NCBI RefSeq assembly: GCF_963921235.1
Contig: NC_086101.1
Coordinates: 12,400,001 to 12,464,000, forward strand
Direction: 5' to 3'
DNA: 64,000 bases
Origin: Mobula hypostoma
Lineage: Eukaryota
In this document: positions 50,679-62,983 of the stretch, piece by piece
Layout: each line of letters starts with the position of its first letter
How positions within the stretch are numbered: position 1 is the stretch's first letter
Notes under the pieces: generated by a model
The model's input: only the letters and a program-made list of their open reading frames with translations
What the model was told of the DNA's origin: nothing
Database searches by the model: none
Translations under genes and position numbers: made by a program

Positions 50679-50780
50679 GGGACGGAGCAGCGCACCAGGC
50701 AGTAACGATCGGCTTGCAGAAGCAAGGAATTCCTTCCGGCATTTCAATAAAGAACGTCGGAGCTTTCGTCAGAAACACAG

Positions 50781-52703
50781 ATGTCTGCATCAACGGGGAC
50801 AGCCATCGGTATCGACCTGGGCACCACCTACTCCTGTGTGGGGGTCTTCCAACATGGCAAAGTGGAGATAATCGCCAATGACCAGGGCAATCGCACCACC
50901 CCCAGCTATGTGGCCTTCAACGACACCGAGAGGCTCATCGGTGATGCAGCCAAGAACCAAGTGGCAATGAACCCCGCCAACACCATCTTTGATGCCAAGC
51001 GGCTCATCGGGAGAAGGTTTGATGACCCGACGGTGCAGTCTGACATGAAGCACTGGCCCTTCCAGGTGGTGAGTGATGCGGGAAAGCCAAAAGTGAAGGT
51101 GGAGTACAAGGGGGAGAACAAAACCTTTTACCCAGAGGAAATCTCCTCCATGGTGCTGACCAAGATGAAGGAAATTGCTGAGGCTTACCTTGGCTGCAGA
51201 GTCACCAATGCTGTCATCACCGTTCCTGCTTACTTCAATGACTCCCAACGCCAGGCAACCAAAGATGCTGGTGTGATAGCTGGTCTCAATGTCCTGCGTG
51301 TCATCAACGAGCCAACAGCAGCTGCCATTGCTTATGGTCTGGACAAGAAAGGTAAAGGGGAGCGTAATGTTCTCATCTTTGACCTGGGTGGTGGCACCTT
51401 CGATGTGTCCATTCTCTCCATCGATGATGGTATCTTTGAAGTGAAATCAACAGCTGGAGATACCCACCTGGGAGGAGAGGACTTTGACAACCGCATGGTC
51501 AATCACTTCATTGAGGAGTTCAAGCGGAAATACAAGAAAGACATCAGCCAGAACAAGAGAGCGGTGAGGAGGCTGCGGACGGCCTGTGAGAGAGCAAAGA
51601 GAACGCTGTCTTCCAGCACCCAAGCCAGTATTGAGATTGACTCTCTGTTTGAGGGAGTTGATTTCTACACCTCAATCACAAGGGCTCGCTTTGAGGAGCT
51701 GAACTCTGACCTGTTCAGGGGCACTCTGGAGCCAGTGGAGAAAGCCCTGAGAGATGCCAAGCTGGACAAATCTCAGATCCATGAAGTTGTCCCGGTTGGA
51801 GGCTCCACCAGAATCCCGAAGATCCAGAAGCTGCTGCAAGATTTCTTCAACGGTAGGGAGCTGAACAAGAGCATCAACCCCGATGAGGCCGTGGCCTATG
51901 GGGCAGCTGTCCAGGCAGCCATTCTGATGGGCGACAAGTCGGAGAATGTTCAGGATCTGCTACTCCTGGATGTTGCTGCTCTGTCACTGGGGCTGGAGAC
52001 GGCAGGTGGAGTCATGACCACCCTTATCAAGCGTAACACAACCATCCCCACCAAGCAGACCCAAATCTTCAGCACCTACTCTGATAACCAGCCTGGGGTC
52101 CTTATTCAGGTGTTTGAAGGTGAGAGAGCCATGACCAAGGACAACAATCTTCTGGGCAAGTTTGAGTTGAGTGGCATCCCTCCCGCTCCTCGTGGCGTAC
52201 CCCAGATTGAGGTGACCTTCGATATTGACGCCAATGGCATTCTCAATGTCTCTGCTGTTGACAAGAGCACCGGGAAAACAAACAAGATCACCATCACCAA
52301 CGACAAGGGCAGGCTGAGTAAGGAGGAAATTGACAGGATGGTGCAAGATGCAGAGAAGTACAAGAATGAGGATGAAATGCAGCGGCAGAAGATTGCAGCC
52401 AAGAACTCTCTGGAGTCCTATGCCTTCAACATGAAGGGCTCTGTGGAGGATGAGAAGATGGCCGGAAAGATCAGTGCTGAGGACAAGTGGAAAGTCATTG
52501 ACCTGTGCAACGAGACAATATCCTGGCTGGAGAAGAATCAGATGGCAGAGAAGGAGGAGTTTGAGCACAAGCAGAAAGAGCTGGAAAAACTCTGCAATCC
52601 CATCATTGCCAAACTGTACCAAGGAGCAGCCACAGGGGAATCGTGCAGGGCACAGGCTGGGAATGCCAGTTCTGCTGGACCAACTATTGAGGAGGTGGAT
52701 TAA
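50781..52703 (+). CDS. hsp70: Heat shock 70 kDa protein, inducible, intronless (copy C, 640 aa)
   Basis: Full ORF ending EEVD; AATAAA at 52987-52992. Carries L338P in signature 3. Confidence 0.96.
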   Translation: MSASTGTAIGIDLGTTYSCVGVFQHGKVEIIANDQGNRTTPSYVAFNDTERLIGDAAKNQVAMNPANTIFDAKRLIGRRFDDPTVQSDMKHWPFQVVSDAGKPKVKVEYKGENKTFYPEEISSMVLTKMKEIAEAYLGCRVTNAVITVPAYFNDSQRQATKDAGVIAGLNVLRVINEPTAAAIAYGLDKKGKGERNVLIFDLGGGTFDVSILSIDDGIFEVKSTAGDTHLGGEDFDNRMVNHFIEEFKRKYKKDISQNKRAVRRLRTACERAKRTLSSSTQASIEIDSLFEGVDFYTSITRARFEELNSDLFRGTLEPVEKALRDAKLDKSQIHEVVPVGGSTRIPKIQKLLQDFFNGRELNKSINPDEAVAYGAAVQAAILMGDKSENVQDLLLLDVAALSLGLETAGGVMTTLIKRNTTIPTKQTQIFSTYSDNQPGVLIQVFEGERAMTKDNNLLGKFELSGIPPAPRGVPQIEVTFDIDANGILNVSAVDKSTGKTNKITITNDKGRLSKEEIDRMVQDAEKYKNEDEMQRQKIAAKNSLESYAFNMKGSVEDEKMAGKISAEDKWKVIDLCNETISWLEKNQMAEKEEFEHKQKELEKLCNPIIAKLYQGAATGESCRAQAGNASSAGPTIEEVD

Positions 52704-53895
52704 AGGACTGTAAATGTGACTGTCTGGGGCTTGCACGGTTTGAGCTCTCTGGACACTTCAGTGGGTCTGATGCTGATGTTGGCACTTGGGAATAGTCTTC
52801 ACTGTAACACCACTGGGTCATGTCAATGTCCTGAATCTGGCTGTGATGTACTAATTGTAAACACTGGTAACTAGTTGTATTCAGTTCCTTTGATTGGGTT
52901 TTTTGTATTGGGGTATTTTTTTTTTAATGTCATTTGTTTTGGAATGTAAACTTTGTACAGTTTTAAGTTTCTTGTAACATGCTTTTAATAAATCTTCTAA
53001 TTTTTTTAAATTGGGTGTAATTATATTTCATCACCAGAGAAGGAAAACTTGCCATTTTGTTTTCAAAAACATAAAGTCAACAATTTATGGGTGTTAAATT
53101 ATTGCTGTATATCAATGAATGTTTCCTCCTCATCCTCCCTTTCCCAGGGCTATCTTCCTTCTAATTTCCAGCACACCTTCTTTCTGGAGCTATTTTGTCA
53201 ACACTTCCCCACTCTCACAGGTGCAGTTTGACATTACTTTATCAGAAGGCATTTGGTTCTTCAAGAAGGTGACCAGTCCCCAAAGTTGACAGATCTAGTG
53301 ATGTTGCCCTTCGCTGGTAGCTCCTGCATTGACACGAAAAACAGCTTAATTTGCTGCCTTGGGAGAGAATCCCATATGCTGGGAACAACGATTGGTATTG
53401 GCAGCAGGCTGAGTTTTGAGGTGTGTGTTTGGACAGGTATATGGAGGGGAGGTGATTGACAGGTTGCGGGCAACTGGGACTAGCCGAGAGGATGCTGTGT
53501 GGGGCTTGGACGAGTTGGGTGGAAGGGCCTTTTCCCAGCTGTTCTCCGCACAACTGTTGACGTTTCTGTTTATCACCAACATCGTATCATAGAGTATCAG
53601 GATGTAAAGGAACTTTAGCAGTTACAAGGTATTTTACCTAGTAATCATGTCAAACCTTGCAGAGATATCTGTAAGCAATAGGTTATTGAGCTCCTGATTT
53701 AAATCACCTTCATACAGAGGAACAGAATGAGTCCATTCAGCCCATCGATATTGTTTTGGTATTCGATCATTGCTGATTTATTTTCCTTCTTAATCCCATT
53801 CCCCTGCTTTCTCTCCATCGATAACCTTTGATACGCTCACTAATCAAGAAACTATCAACCTCATCTTTAAGTGAAATTTAAATAACCTGAAATCC

Positions 53896-55905
53896 TTTCT
53901 TTTTCAATCTTTTTATTAAGTTTCAAATTAATAAACATAGCAATAATGATACATAGAGATCGGGATTGCATTAAAAACGGTTAACATGTACAACCACAGA
54001 ATCTAAGTAATAAATGTGTAGTAACTAACCATGAAAACAAAATTTTATAGAGAGAGAAAAAGAAAAATCCCTAAACTGAAAAAAAGCTAAAGGTTGGGCT
54101 GCCATATTTCATCGGTTAAAATTATAATTTGTCATTAACTCCGCTCCTCTTTACATGGAGAAAAAAAATTACTAAAAAAAAAGGATTCAGAAAGGGTCAG
54201 CTTACATGATATGAAAGTATTGAATAAATGGCCTCCAAGTTTCTTCAAATTTAACCGAAGGATCCATAGTACCGCACCCAATTTTTTCCAAGTTTAAACG
54301 TGCTATCGTTTGGGAAAACCAATGAAATGTGGTAGGGGGGTTGGAATATTTCCATTGAAATAGAATGGATCTTCTGGCTATTAACGTACATAATGCAATT
54401 AGACGACAAGCTGATGAGGATAAATGACTGGAGTCTGTCACTGGTAGTCCAAAAATTGCAGTAATAGGGTGAGGTTGTAAATCAACACACAGAACTACTG
54501 ACACAGTACCAAAAAATATCTTTCCAATATTTTCCTAGAACATATGTGTCAAGGAAGCTACTTCAGTATTACATCTATCACAAACAGGATTTATATGGCA
54601 CTAAAAACGAGCTAACTTATCCTTGGATATATGTGCCCTGTGAACCACCTTAACTCGTGTCAGGGCGTGTTTGGCACACATTGAAGAAGTATTAACCAGT
54701 CGAAAAATTTTCTCCCAGTTCTCTGTAGATAAAGATATTTGAAGTTCTCTTTCCCCTCATTCTTAACTTTATCAGATGTACCTAGACGTATGTTTGTAAT
54801 CAGATCATAAATAATTGCTATTAAACTCTTCTTTCTTTTTCAATCTTTTTATTAATTTCAAAATATAGAAACAAAACATAGCAATAATACAAATAGTAGG
54901 AGATATATTATTACACTTAAAAAAAGTAATTGCAAAACCAAGTAGTATAAATTAACAAAGCTCCCAAACATGTAGAACTAAACTAAAAGACTTGGGCGAA
55001 ACTAACAACTTAAAAATGGAAAAGAAGAAAACCTCAGTGTCGACGACTCCATTCCCCTCCAACAACAGTACAGAGAGATAAAACAAGTTTGGAAATGATC
55101 AAATTACATCAAATGAAAATGCTGAATGAACGGCCTCCAAGTTTTTTCAAACTTAATGGAAAGGTCATAAACTGCACTTCTAATTTTCTCCAAATTTAAA
55201 CACACCATAGTTTGTGAAAACCAATGAAATACAGTAGGAGGGTTAATCTCTTTCCAGTTCAACAAAATGGACCTTCTAGCTATTAAAGTAAGAAATGCAA
55301 TCATCCTTCGTGATGAAGAGGTGAAGTTATTTAAGTCTATCATTGGTAGTCCAAAGATAGCAGTAATTGGATGAGGTTGAACTCTTCTGATGGGGATTAA
55401 ACCTAAAATTTCTTCTGTAACTTCAATTTGATGCGATATCGGAAAAATAGGTAAAGTAGCGTTCATAAAGTTTCTTACCTGTAAATATCTGAAAAACTGT
55501 GATCTAGGCAAATTATATTTATTAGACAACTGTTCAAAAGACTTAAAACAATCATCCATGAATAAATCACGAAAACATGTTATTCCCTTTGTTTTTCCAT
55601 AGTAGAAAAGCTTGATCAATTCTAGATGATTGAAAGAAAAAATTAGATATCATTGAACTTGACAAGATCAATTTATTCAATCCAAAAAATTTACGAAATT
55701 GAAACCATATTCGTACTGTATGTTTAATTGTTGGATTTATCATTTGTTTATTCAAGCGCAGCTCCGAAAATGGAAGCCAGCGAAAACCCCTGTACAGACT
55801 GCCCCTCGAGGTTCATCCATCGTGGACATCGAACTCTTGCGTCTAAAACGTTAAATATCGAATATTAGTTGCCCAGTAATAAAATTTAAGATTTGACAAG
55901 TATCT
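53896..55905 (-). mobile_element. L1-clade LINE (inverted paralog of 30078-31530) containing a nested L1 3' end at 54833-55379
   Basis: Near-identical reverse complement of the left copy, plus a ~550-bp extra segment flanked by AGAAGAGTT (minus strand). Confidence 0.85.
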
Positions 55906-56624
55906 ATTTTGAGACTATGATTCCTGGATCCAGCTATCAAGGGAGGAAACATCGCCTTGCGTCTAAAAGTTGGAAAAAATCCGATGAATGGTTCTTCTCC
56001 CGTGCGAGTGGGACGGGTTGGGTGGCGGGGAGTATACCCCTCAACTACGGTTGTATTGTAGAAGATGAACGAGCAAGAGCCACGTGACTGACTAAAATGT
56101 TTAAACTGTTTAGAATGAATCATGAATTCAGAGTTATTGAATGGTTTATTGTAAGTAATTTTATTAAATATATATATATTTTAAAAAACGATGGAATAAG
56201 GTAAGCAGCCGCCGAGACCGTTCAGCAGGGCCCCCAGCATTTATTGTATGATGTGGCACGGGATCTGCAGATTTCCTCGTGTTTGTCCTTTTCTGCAGAT
56301 GTGGTGTGAGTGGTTGTTTCCGGCACCTATTGTTATTTTTCTCACCTTCTTCTGTCGTTGCTTATCATCTCTTACTAAATAAGAAGTTGATGCGCAATTT
56401 GTTACAGTGTAAGTACAGTATTCTTCTTTGTTTGGTTGAGAGAACGGAACGACTGAAAGGCTGAATGAACATTGTAATCGTATAAGGCAAAGTAAGCGAG
56501 CGGCTGGATGAGTTGGCTGGAGGAACCGAGATTATCGAACTGAACCGGCGGTCGTCAATTCACGCGACATCGGAAGAAAACGCAAAACTGAACAAGGGCA
56601 CTTTCTGTCTTTTATATTAAAGAT

Positions 56625-56749
56625 CAGGGGAAAGCGCGAACGCAGTCCCCCACTACCACAAATTTTGCAGTCGAGTATCCCGCATTTGGGGACATCGCAG
56701 GCGTCAGCACACCCGAAGCGCAAAGGGATAGCCTCGTCCTGGGAGAACC
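56625..56749 (-). pseudogene. U1 snRNA 3' part (exactly nt 40-164)
   Basis: Minus strand reads poly(A)-GGTTCTCCCAGGACGAGGCTATCCCTTTGCGCTTCGG...AATTTGTGG...TTTCCCCTG; 125 nt. Confidence 0.93.
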
Positions 56750-58103
56750 TTTTTTTTCAAAGATACTTTATTCAGAAGTGTTACAAAATAAAGTTAATTA
56801 CATAAAGAAAAAAAACATTCGTTGACTCTGAGTCCTTATTCAATAAAGTTACTAACAATAAAAATTATGCGTTGACTCTCTGTTCATTTACAAATGAAAG
56901 ATGTTTACAATAAACCATGCATTTACTCTCAACCCTTGGTCAAGGGTTAAGACTTATTAACAATCAAATTATCAACAATAAAGGCAGGCAATGGCTCTAA
57001 TACTTTCCCAAATTAACAATTCCACCCACTCCTTGGGCACCATGTTGATTATCTGTCCACACCGCTGAAGAGGGTTAGTCTCCTCCCCACCCAACCCCTC
57101 CCACTCCCACGGGTGATGAACGTTAAACTGTGCTCCTTCCCCACCGGGCCTTCGCGGTGGCCACACCAAGCTGGAGTGCATCCCTCAGCACGGACTCTTG
57201 CAGACGAGAGTGTGCCAGTCGGCAGCATTCAATCACGGACATCTCCATCTGCTGGCAGACCATCAAGTTTCGGCCGACCAAAGACCAAGTTTCACCGATT
57301 TGATGATCTGCCAGCAGCACCGAATGTTTGTCTCCGTGTGCGTCCCCGGGAACAGCCCGTAGATCACGGAGCCCTCGGTAACGCAGCTGCTGGGCATGAA
57401 TCCTAGTACTGTCCCTTCCATTCTCTTCCACACCTTCTTCGCGAACCCACAGTGTGCAAAGAGGTGAGCCCCCGACTCCACCCCATTACAGTCCTCCCGT
57501 GGGCAGTGGGGTGTGGAGGAACCGTTCCGGGCGTACAGGAGGGATCTGACTGGGAGGGCCCCTCTCACCGCCAGCCAGGCTAGGTCTTTGTGCCTATTGG
57601 TGAGATCTGGCGATGAGGCATTTTGCCAGATGAACTGGATGGTCTGCTCAGGGAATCACCCCACTGTGTCCATTACGTCCTTCTCCTGCAGTGCCTGCAG
57701 GACATTACGTGCCGACCACTGTCTAATGGCCCTGTAGTCAAATTCGTTGGCCTTGAAGAATTTTTCCATGAAGGACAGGTAAGGAGGCAACGACCAGCTG
57801 ACAGGGGTGTTGCGCGGGAAAGGGGCCAGACCCATCCTTCGTAGCCAGGGCGACAGGTAAAACCTGGGCACATAGTAGTACTTTGTGCCCACGTATCTGG
57901 GATCCACGCACAACCTGATGCAGCCACACACGAAGCTGGTCATCAGGGTGAGGGCGACATTGGGGACGTTCTTGCTCCCGTTGTCCAGGTACCTGTGCAT
58001 GGCGGTCCGCTCACCCGCTCCATCTTGGATCCCCAGACGAATCTGAAGACAGCTCGTGTGATTTTCGAGCTGTCGGAGCGGGGGACGGGCCACACCTGCT
58101 TCG
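56750..58103 (-). mobile_element. Tx1-clade retrotransposon 3' portion (ORF2 C-terminus with CCHC, 3' UTR, poly(A); subfamily b) inserted in U1
   Basis: FRFVWGSKMERV, NGSKNVPNVAL, GALPVRS, CPREDC...ESGAHLFAHC, ECCRLAHSRLQE. The 3' UTR matches 28898-29237. Confidence 0.88.
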
Positions 58104-59000
58104 TCATTTTTCTCCCTGCTGTCTTTGGCAATTACCCATTCTTAGTCCAGACATATCCAAATGACACTCACTTAAACGGTTCCTCAGTTTGCTTTTGATC
58201 TGATTCATGAGGCCAAAACCTCTTTCACGAGCAGCGCTTGTTGTAAGAAAGGTTCCGCCAATGTCCGTCAGCTTTACAAGGTCACAAAACTCTTCATTTT
58301 GAGTTGCAAATGTCACCATTTCAGAAGAGCTGGTAATCAGTTTGGATTTAATTTTTTCTTGTACAGATAATTTGAAGTCATTGTACTGCTTAACTGTGAC
58401 AGCATTTTCAGCAAGGAAATCAGGATATGTTCCACACACAGCACTCACCCGGACTTTGCCAAAATGGAGGTCACATTCTGCACGCACAGAAAAATCAAAA
58501 GCCTCCCGTCCTTGTACCTCGCCCTCAGGAAACCTCTCTTCTAAATGAACACAGAGATAGCTTATCAAGGTCAACAGAGAATTTGTAGCTACTGTCACAA
58601 CTGTAGCTCAGAAAAATTTAACTTCCTCACTCCAAGACTCTTTGTCTCCCAGATGCTTCTTTCTTATCTTGTTAATTTTGCCTCGTGCAAAATGAAGTGC
58701 ATCAATTGTCATTAAGACACTCCTTTGCAGAGTCTTCAACAGTGCAGCCTCTTCTTCAAAGACATCATTTAGCACCTCTAAAGCTATTATTATTCACTGC
58801 TTATCAACTTATTGTGACAATATTTCTTCTGTAATATCGTCCTCAAAATATACAATCAATGCCTCATACATGTTTATGATTGCCTGCAGTGTAATGTGTC
58901 TAGACAGCATCTCACTTTATTCACTGGTCTGAAAGCAACATCTTCATTTCCAGAAGTGTTTGCAATTCCTTTAAAAGTGCATCTTTTAGTTGAAGATTGA
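58104..59000 (-). mobile_element. hAT transposase remnant (inverted paralog of 16190-16735 + 3270-3710)
   Basis: 164-aa frame ending TSAARERGFGLMNQIKSKLRNRLSECHLD. Confidence 0.7.
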
Positions 59001-59189
59001 GAAAACACCCAGAAATCTCCCAGGCCATGCTCTTTACTTGCTGCTGCCATCAGGTGAGGTAAAAGTGCCTCAGGATTCACACCACCAGGTTCATGAACAG
59101 TTAATACCCCCCGACCATCAGGCTCTTGAGCAAAAGGGGATAGCTACATTCACTTAAGGATTTTGTTATATTTTTATAATGAGGACATA

Positions 59190-60405
59190 GTGAGTGCAGT
59201 GGATAGAGGGGAACAGGTGGATGTCATATACTTGGATTTCCAGAAGGCATTCGATAAGGTTCTGCACAAGAGACTTATAAATAAGATACGGATCCATGGA
59301 GTCGGAGGAACTGTATTGGTATGGATAGTGGATTGGTTAACCGATAGAAGGCAGAGAGTTGGCATAAATGGGTTCTTCTCCGGTTGGCAGTCTGTGGTGA
59401 GTGGGGTGCCGCAGGGGTTGGTGCTGGGCCTGCAGCTGTTTACCAGTGTTACATCAATGATTTGGAAGAGGGGACTGAGTATAGTGTAGCAAAATCTGCT
59501 GATGACACTAAACTGAGTAGTACAGAGGATGTGGAGAGTCTGCAGAGGGATATAGATAGGTTAAATGAGTGGGCCAAGGTCTGGCAGATGGAATACAATG
59601 TTGCTAAATGCGAGATCATCCACTTTGGAAGGAATAATAGAAGAGTAGATTATTACTTAAATGGTAAAAAATGGTAGCATGCTGTTGTGCAGAGGGACTT
59701 AGGAGTGCTTGTGCATGAATCGTAAAAAGTTGGCTTGCAAGTACAATAGGTTAGTTAGAAGGCGAATGGAATATTGGCCTTCATTGCTAGAGGGATTGAA
59801 TTCAAGAGCAGTGAGGTTATGATGCAACTATACAGGGTACTGGTGAGGCCGCACCTGGAATATTCTGTGCAGTTCTGGTCTCCATACTTGAGGAAGGATA
59901 TACTAGTTTAGAGGCAGTGCAGAGGAGGTTCACCAGATTGATTCCAGGGATGAAGGGGTTAACCTATGAGGACAGATTGAGTCACCTGGGACTATACTCT
60001 CTGGAGTTCAGAAGAATGAGGGGGGATCTTATAGAAAGATACAAACTTTTGAAAGGGATAGATGAGGTAGAAGTAGGAAACTTGTTTCCATTGGTGGGTG
60101 AGACTAGAACTGGGGGACATTGCCTCAAGATTCAGGGCAGAAGATTTAGAATGCAGATGAGGAGAAACTGTTCTTCCCAGAGAGTGGTGAATCCGTGGAA
60201 TTCTCAGCCCAGGGAAGCAGTTGAGGCTTCTTCACTAAATATTTTTAGGAAACAGTTCGATAGGTTTTTGCATAGTAGGGGAATTAAGGGATATGGGGAA
60301 AGGCAAGCAGATGGAGCTGAGTTTACAGACAGATCAGCCATGATCTTATTGAATGGCGGGGCAGGCTCGATGGGCCGGATGGCCTTCTCCTGCTCCTATT
60401 TCTTA
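59190..60405 (+). mobile_element. CR1 LINE RT fragment (inverted paralog of 14797-16008)
   Basis: YLDFQKAFDKV, GVPQG, SADDTKL; same breakpoints as the left copy. Confidence 0.92.
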
Positions 60406-61695
60406 TGTTATTTCATGCTCGTTACTTATTGCTATTTATTTATATTTGCACAGCTTGCTTACTGTTTACAGTTCTGGATGTTTACAGTTCACAGTTACTG
60501 TTCTATAGATTTGCTAAGTATGCCCACAGAATAAGAATCTCAGGGTTGTATGTGGTGACATGTATGTACTCTGAGAAGAAATCTTACTTTGAACTTTGAT
60601 AACATCAAGAAATGCAAACACATAATTTTTGCTTCTCCAGCTGTCCGGGGTTTGGACACACTTTTCCATTTGTTCATCAGTGTGTTGAACTGAATGCATG
60701 CAGGGATTCATTTACAGCCAGCAAAATGCTGTGAATAGGAACTTGCTCTCCTCTGGATTTGATCGTATTCGCTCTCCTTCATCTGCACCCTCACAAAACA
60801 CAGGTAGGGCCTGTAGCGGGTAATGAAGGATTTTCTTACCGAAGCTTTTGTACACCATCCATATGTGATTTGCTTGCTAAATGACGTTTCAAAAAGACTA
60901 GTTTCCAAATATCACTCCACTTCTTTCCACTTGTAAATTCTCCAGCAACTCTTGCATCCGTGACAACCCACACAGGTAACACCATTTTCTGCATTCTACA
61001 TAAATATTTCTCATAGCTGGACGTTCCAAACTCACGGGCTTTCAGTGTAGCTTTTTCAATTGTTTGATTAAGCCATTCCACTTCAAATGAACTCGCTCTT
61101 CACACGGCCTTAGACCACCTGGACAGGATGCTGTTCGTTGTCACCATCAATATTTAACACCACCATTCCCACAGTCCTGACCAACAAGCTATGTACACTA
61201 CCTCAATGCTTTTTTTTAAATTTGTGCTTTTATACTAGAGAACTTATCTTAATTTAACTGTTTAATATGCATATATATATATATACTTACTGTAATAAAG
61301 TGCTGTCTTAGAGTGCATCTGTGCTCAAGCAGGTCCATTTCAATGTTCTCCATGCTGTTCATTCAGACACTCTTGTAAACACCACTGTTGTACCACGTGG
61401 TTACTTGAGTTACTGTCACCTTCCTGTCGTCCAGAACCAGTCTGACCACTCTCAATAACAAGATATTTTTGCTCACTGCATGGTTTTTGTTTTACACATC
61501 ATTCTCTGTAAACTTTAGCGAATATTGTGAATGAAAATCCCAGAGATCATTAGTTTTTGGGATACTCAAACCACCCTGTCTGGCACCAACAGTCATTCCA
61601 CAGTAAAAATCACATTTCTTCCTCATTCCAATGTTTGGTCTGAACAACAACTTGACCATGTCTGCATGCAATTATGCACTGAGCTGCTGCCACAT

Positions 61696-61903
61696 GATTA
61701 GCTGTTTAGTTGTTTGCATTAACCAGCAGACACACAGGATTGGCTGTTTAGTGGTTTACATTAACCAGCAGACACACAGGATTGGCTGTTCAGTTGTTTG
61801 CATTAACCAGCAGACACACAGGATTGGCTGTTCAGTTGTTTGCATTAACCAGCAGACACACAGGATTGGCTGTTTAGTGGTTTACATTAACCAGCAGACA
61901 CAC
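61696..61903. repeat. 40-bp tandem repeat (~5 copies) inside a Tc1-like MITE (61320-61934)
   Basis: GATTGGCTGTT(T/C)AGT(T/G)GTTT(G/A)CATTAACCAGCAGACACACAG units. Confidence 0.9.
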
Positions 61904-62707
61904 AGCTGCACCTAGTAAAGTGGCCACTGAGTGTCCGTCTGTGACAAACCCGATTCTGATCCGGAGCTGATCCTAGCACCTTACACCTCTGGCCCAAGGG
62001 AACCTCCAGCAGCGGGTCAACATATTAGGGCAATATCACTAATATAGACATCATCCACAACCTCCACAAGTCTTCTGTATCCTCCAGGACGACATCTCAG
62101 CATTGAGCCAAATTAAACACTAAAGCTTTCCGATACCACAGCCATGAAATTGTTATAAAATAAAATTAATGCTCTGGATAATTAATCTCAGCTGGCTTTT
62201 ACACCATTTTTTAAAATGTTCATGCTGATTTCACCTTAATTAATTACTGTCGCCAAATATCTAAGATCGCCACTCAATTGTACAATGTCATGCTGTATTC
62301 TGGCCAATCCATGGCTAAAGAAAGAAAAAGGCTCCCGGTCAGAGGTGAGGTGGAGTTCAGCGCTGTCAACCTCGATAGAAAGTCATCGGGTAACTGCAGA
62401 AGTTCTTTTGTCAAAATTGAATGTCACAAACTCTGACTTTCAGTTCTCTACTTCCTTTAAGTGCTCCGTTACTAATTTCGCCCTGCTGATATGACCCAGA
62501 GCTGTCGTTCCTTGTTTGCTGGTTTCGTCCCTTAAAGCCAGAGAATTCTCTCCCCAGAAGGTGCTTCAGATTTTTTCTTGTGTGTAGGGAACTTTTGGAA
62601 GAAATTGCTGGTTTCGTATAGTTTAACAAGTGTTTCAAAGGGTTCCCGAATGACTTGGTTTTCAGCCAGAACCTCCCTGACTGCTCCAGATCATCCTCGC
62701 TATTACC

Positions 62708-62881
62708 AGAATATTCGCGAAGCCCCGGCAAGTCTCGGACTAGCAGCGCTGTCATTGGCCGCCGCCTCGGAACCTTCTCCAACCTTCGGCGGTGAGTCAC
62801 TCGCTGGCGTTTTCATTGGTTTACAGGGTCGTCCCTCAAGAACAAAGCACCGCCCAGACCGCTGCGCTGGGACTACATTAA
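62708..62881 (+). promoter_or_regulatory. HSP70-D promoter (HSEs intact, TATA altered)
   Basis: aGAAt aTTCg cGAAg at 62708-62722; TACATTAA at 62874-62881 versus TATATTAA in B and C. Confidence 0.85.
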
Positions 62882-62983
62882 GGGGCGGAGCAGCGGACCA
62901 GGCAGTAACGATCTGCTTGGAGAAGCAAGGAATTCCTTCTGGTATTTCAATAAAAAACGTTGGAGCTTTCGTCAGATACACAG

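Noticed and set aside
61696-61903. Regularly spaced repeats as a CRISPR array (also 250-428, 28295-28420)
   Set aside because: Head-to-tail tandem repeats with no unique spacers, in a vertebrate context with no cas genes.
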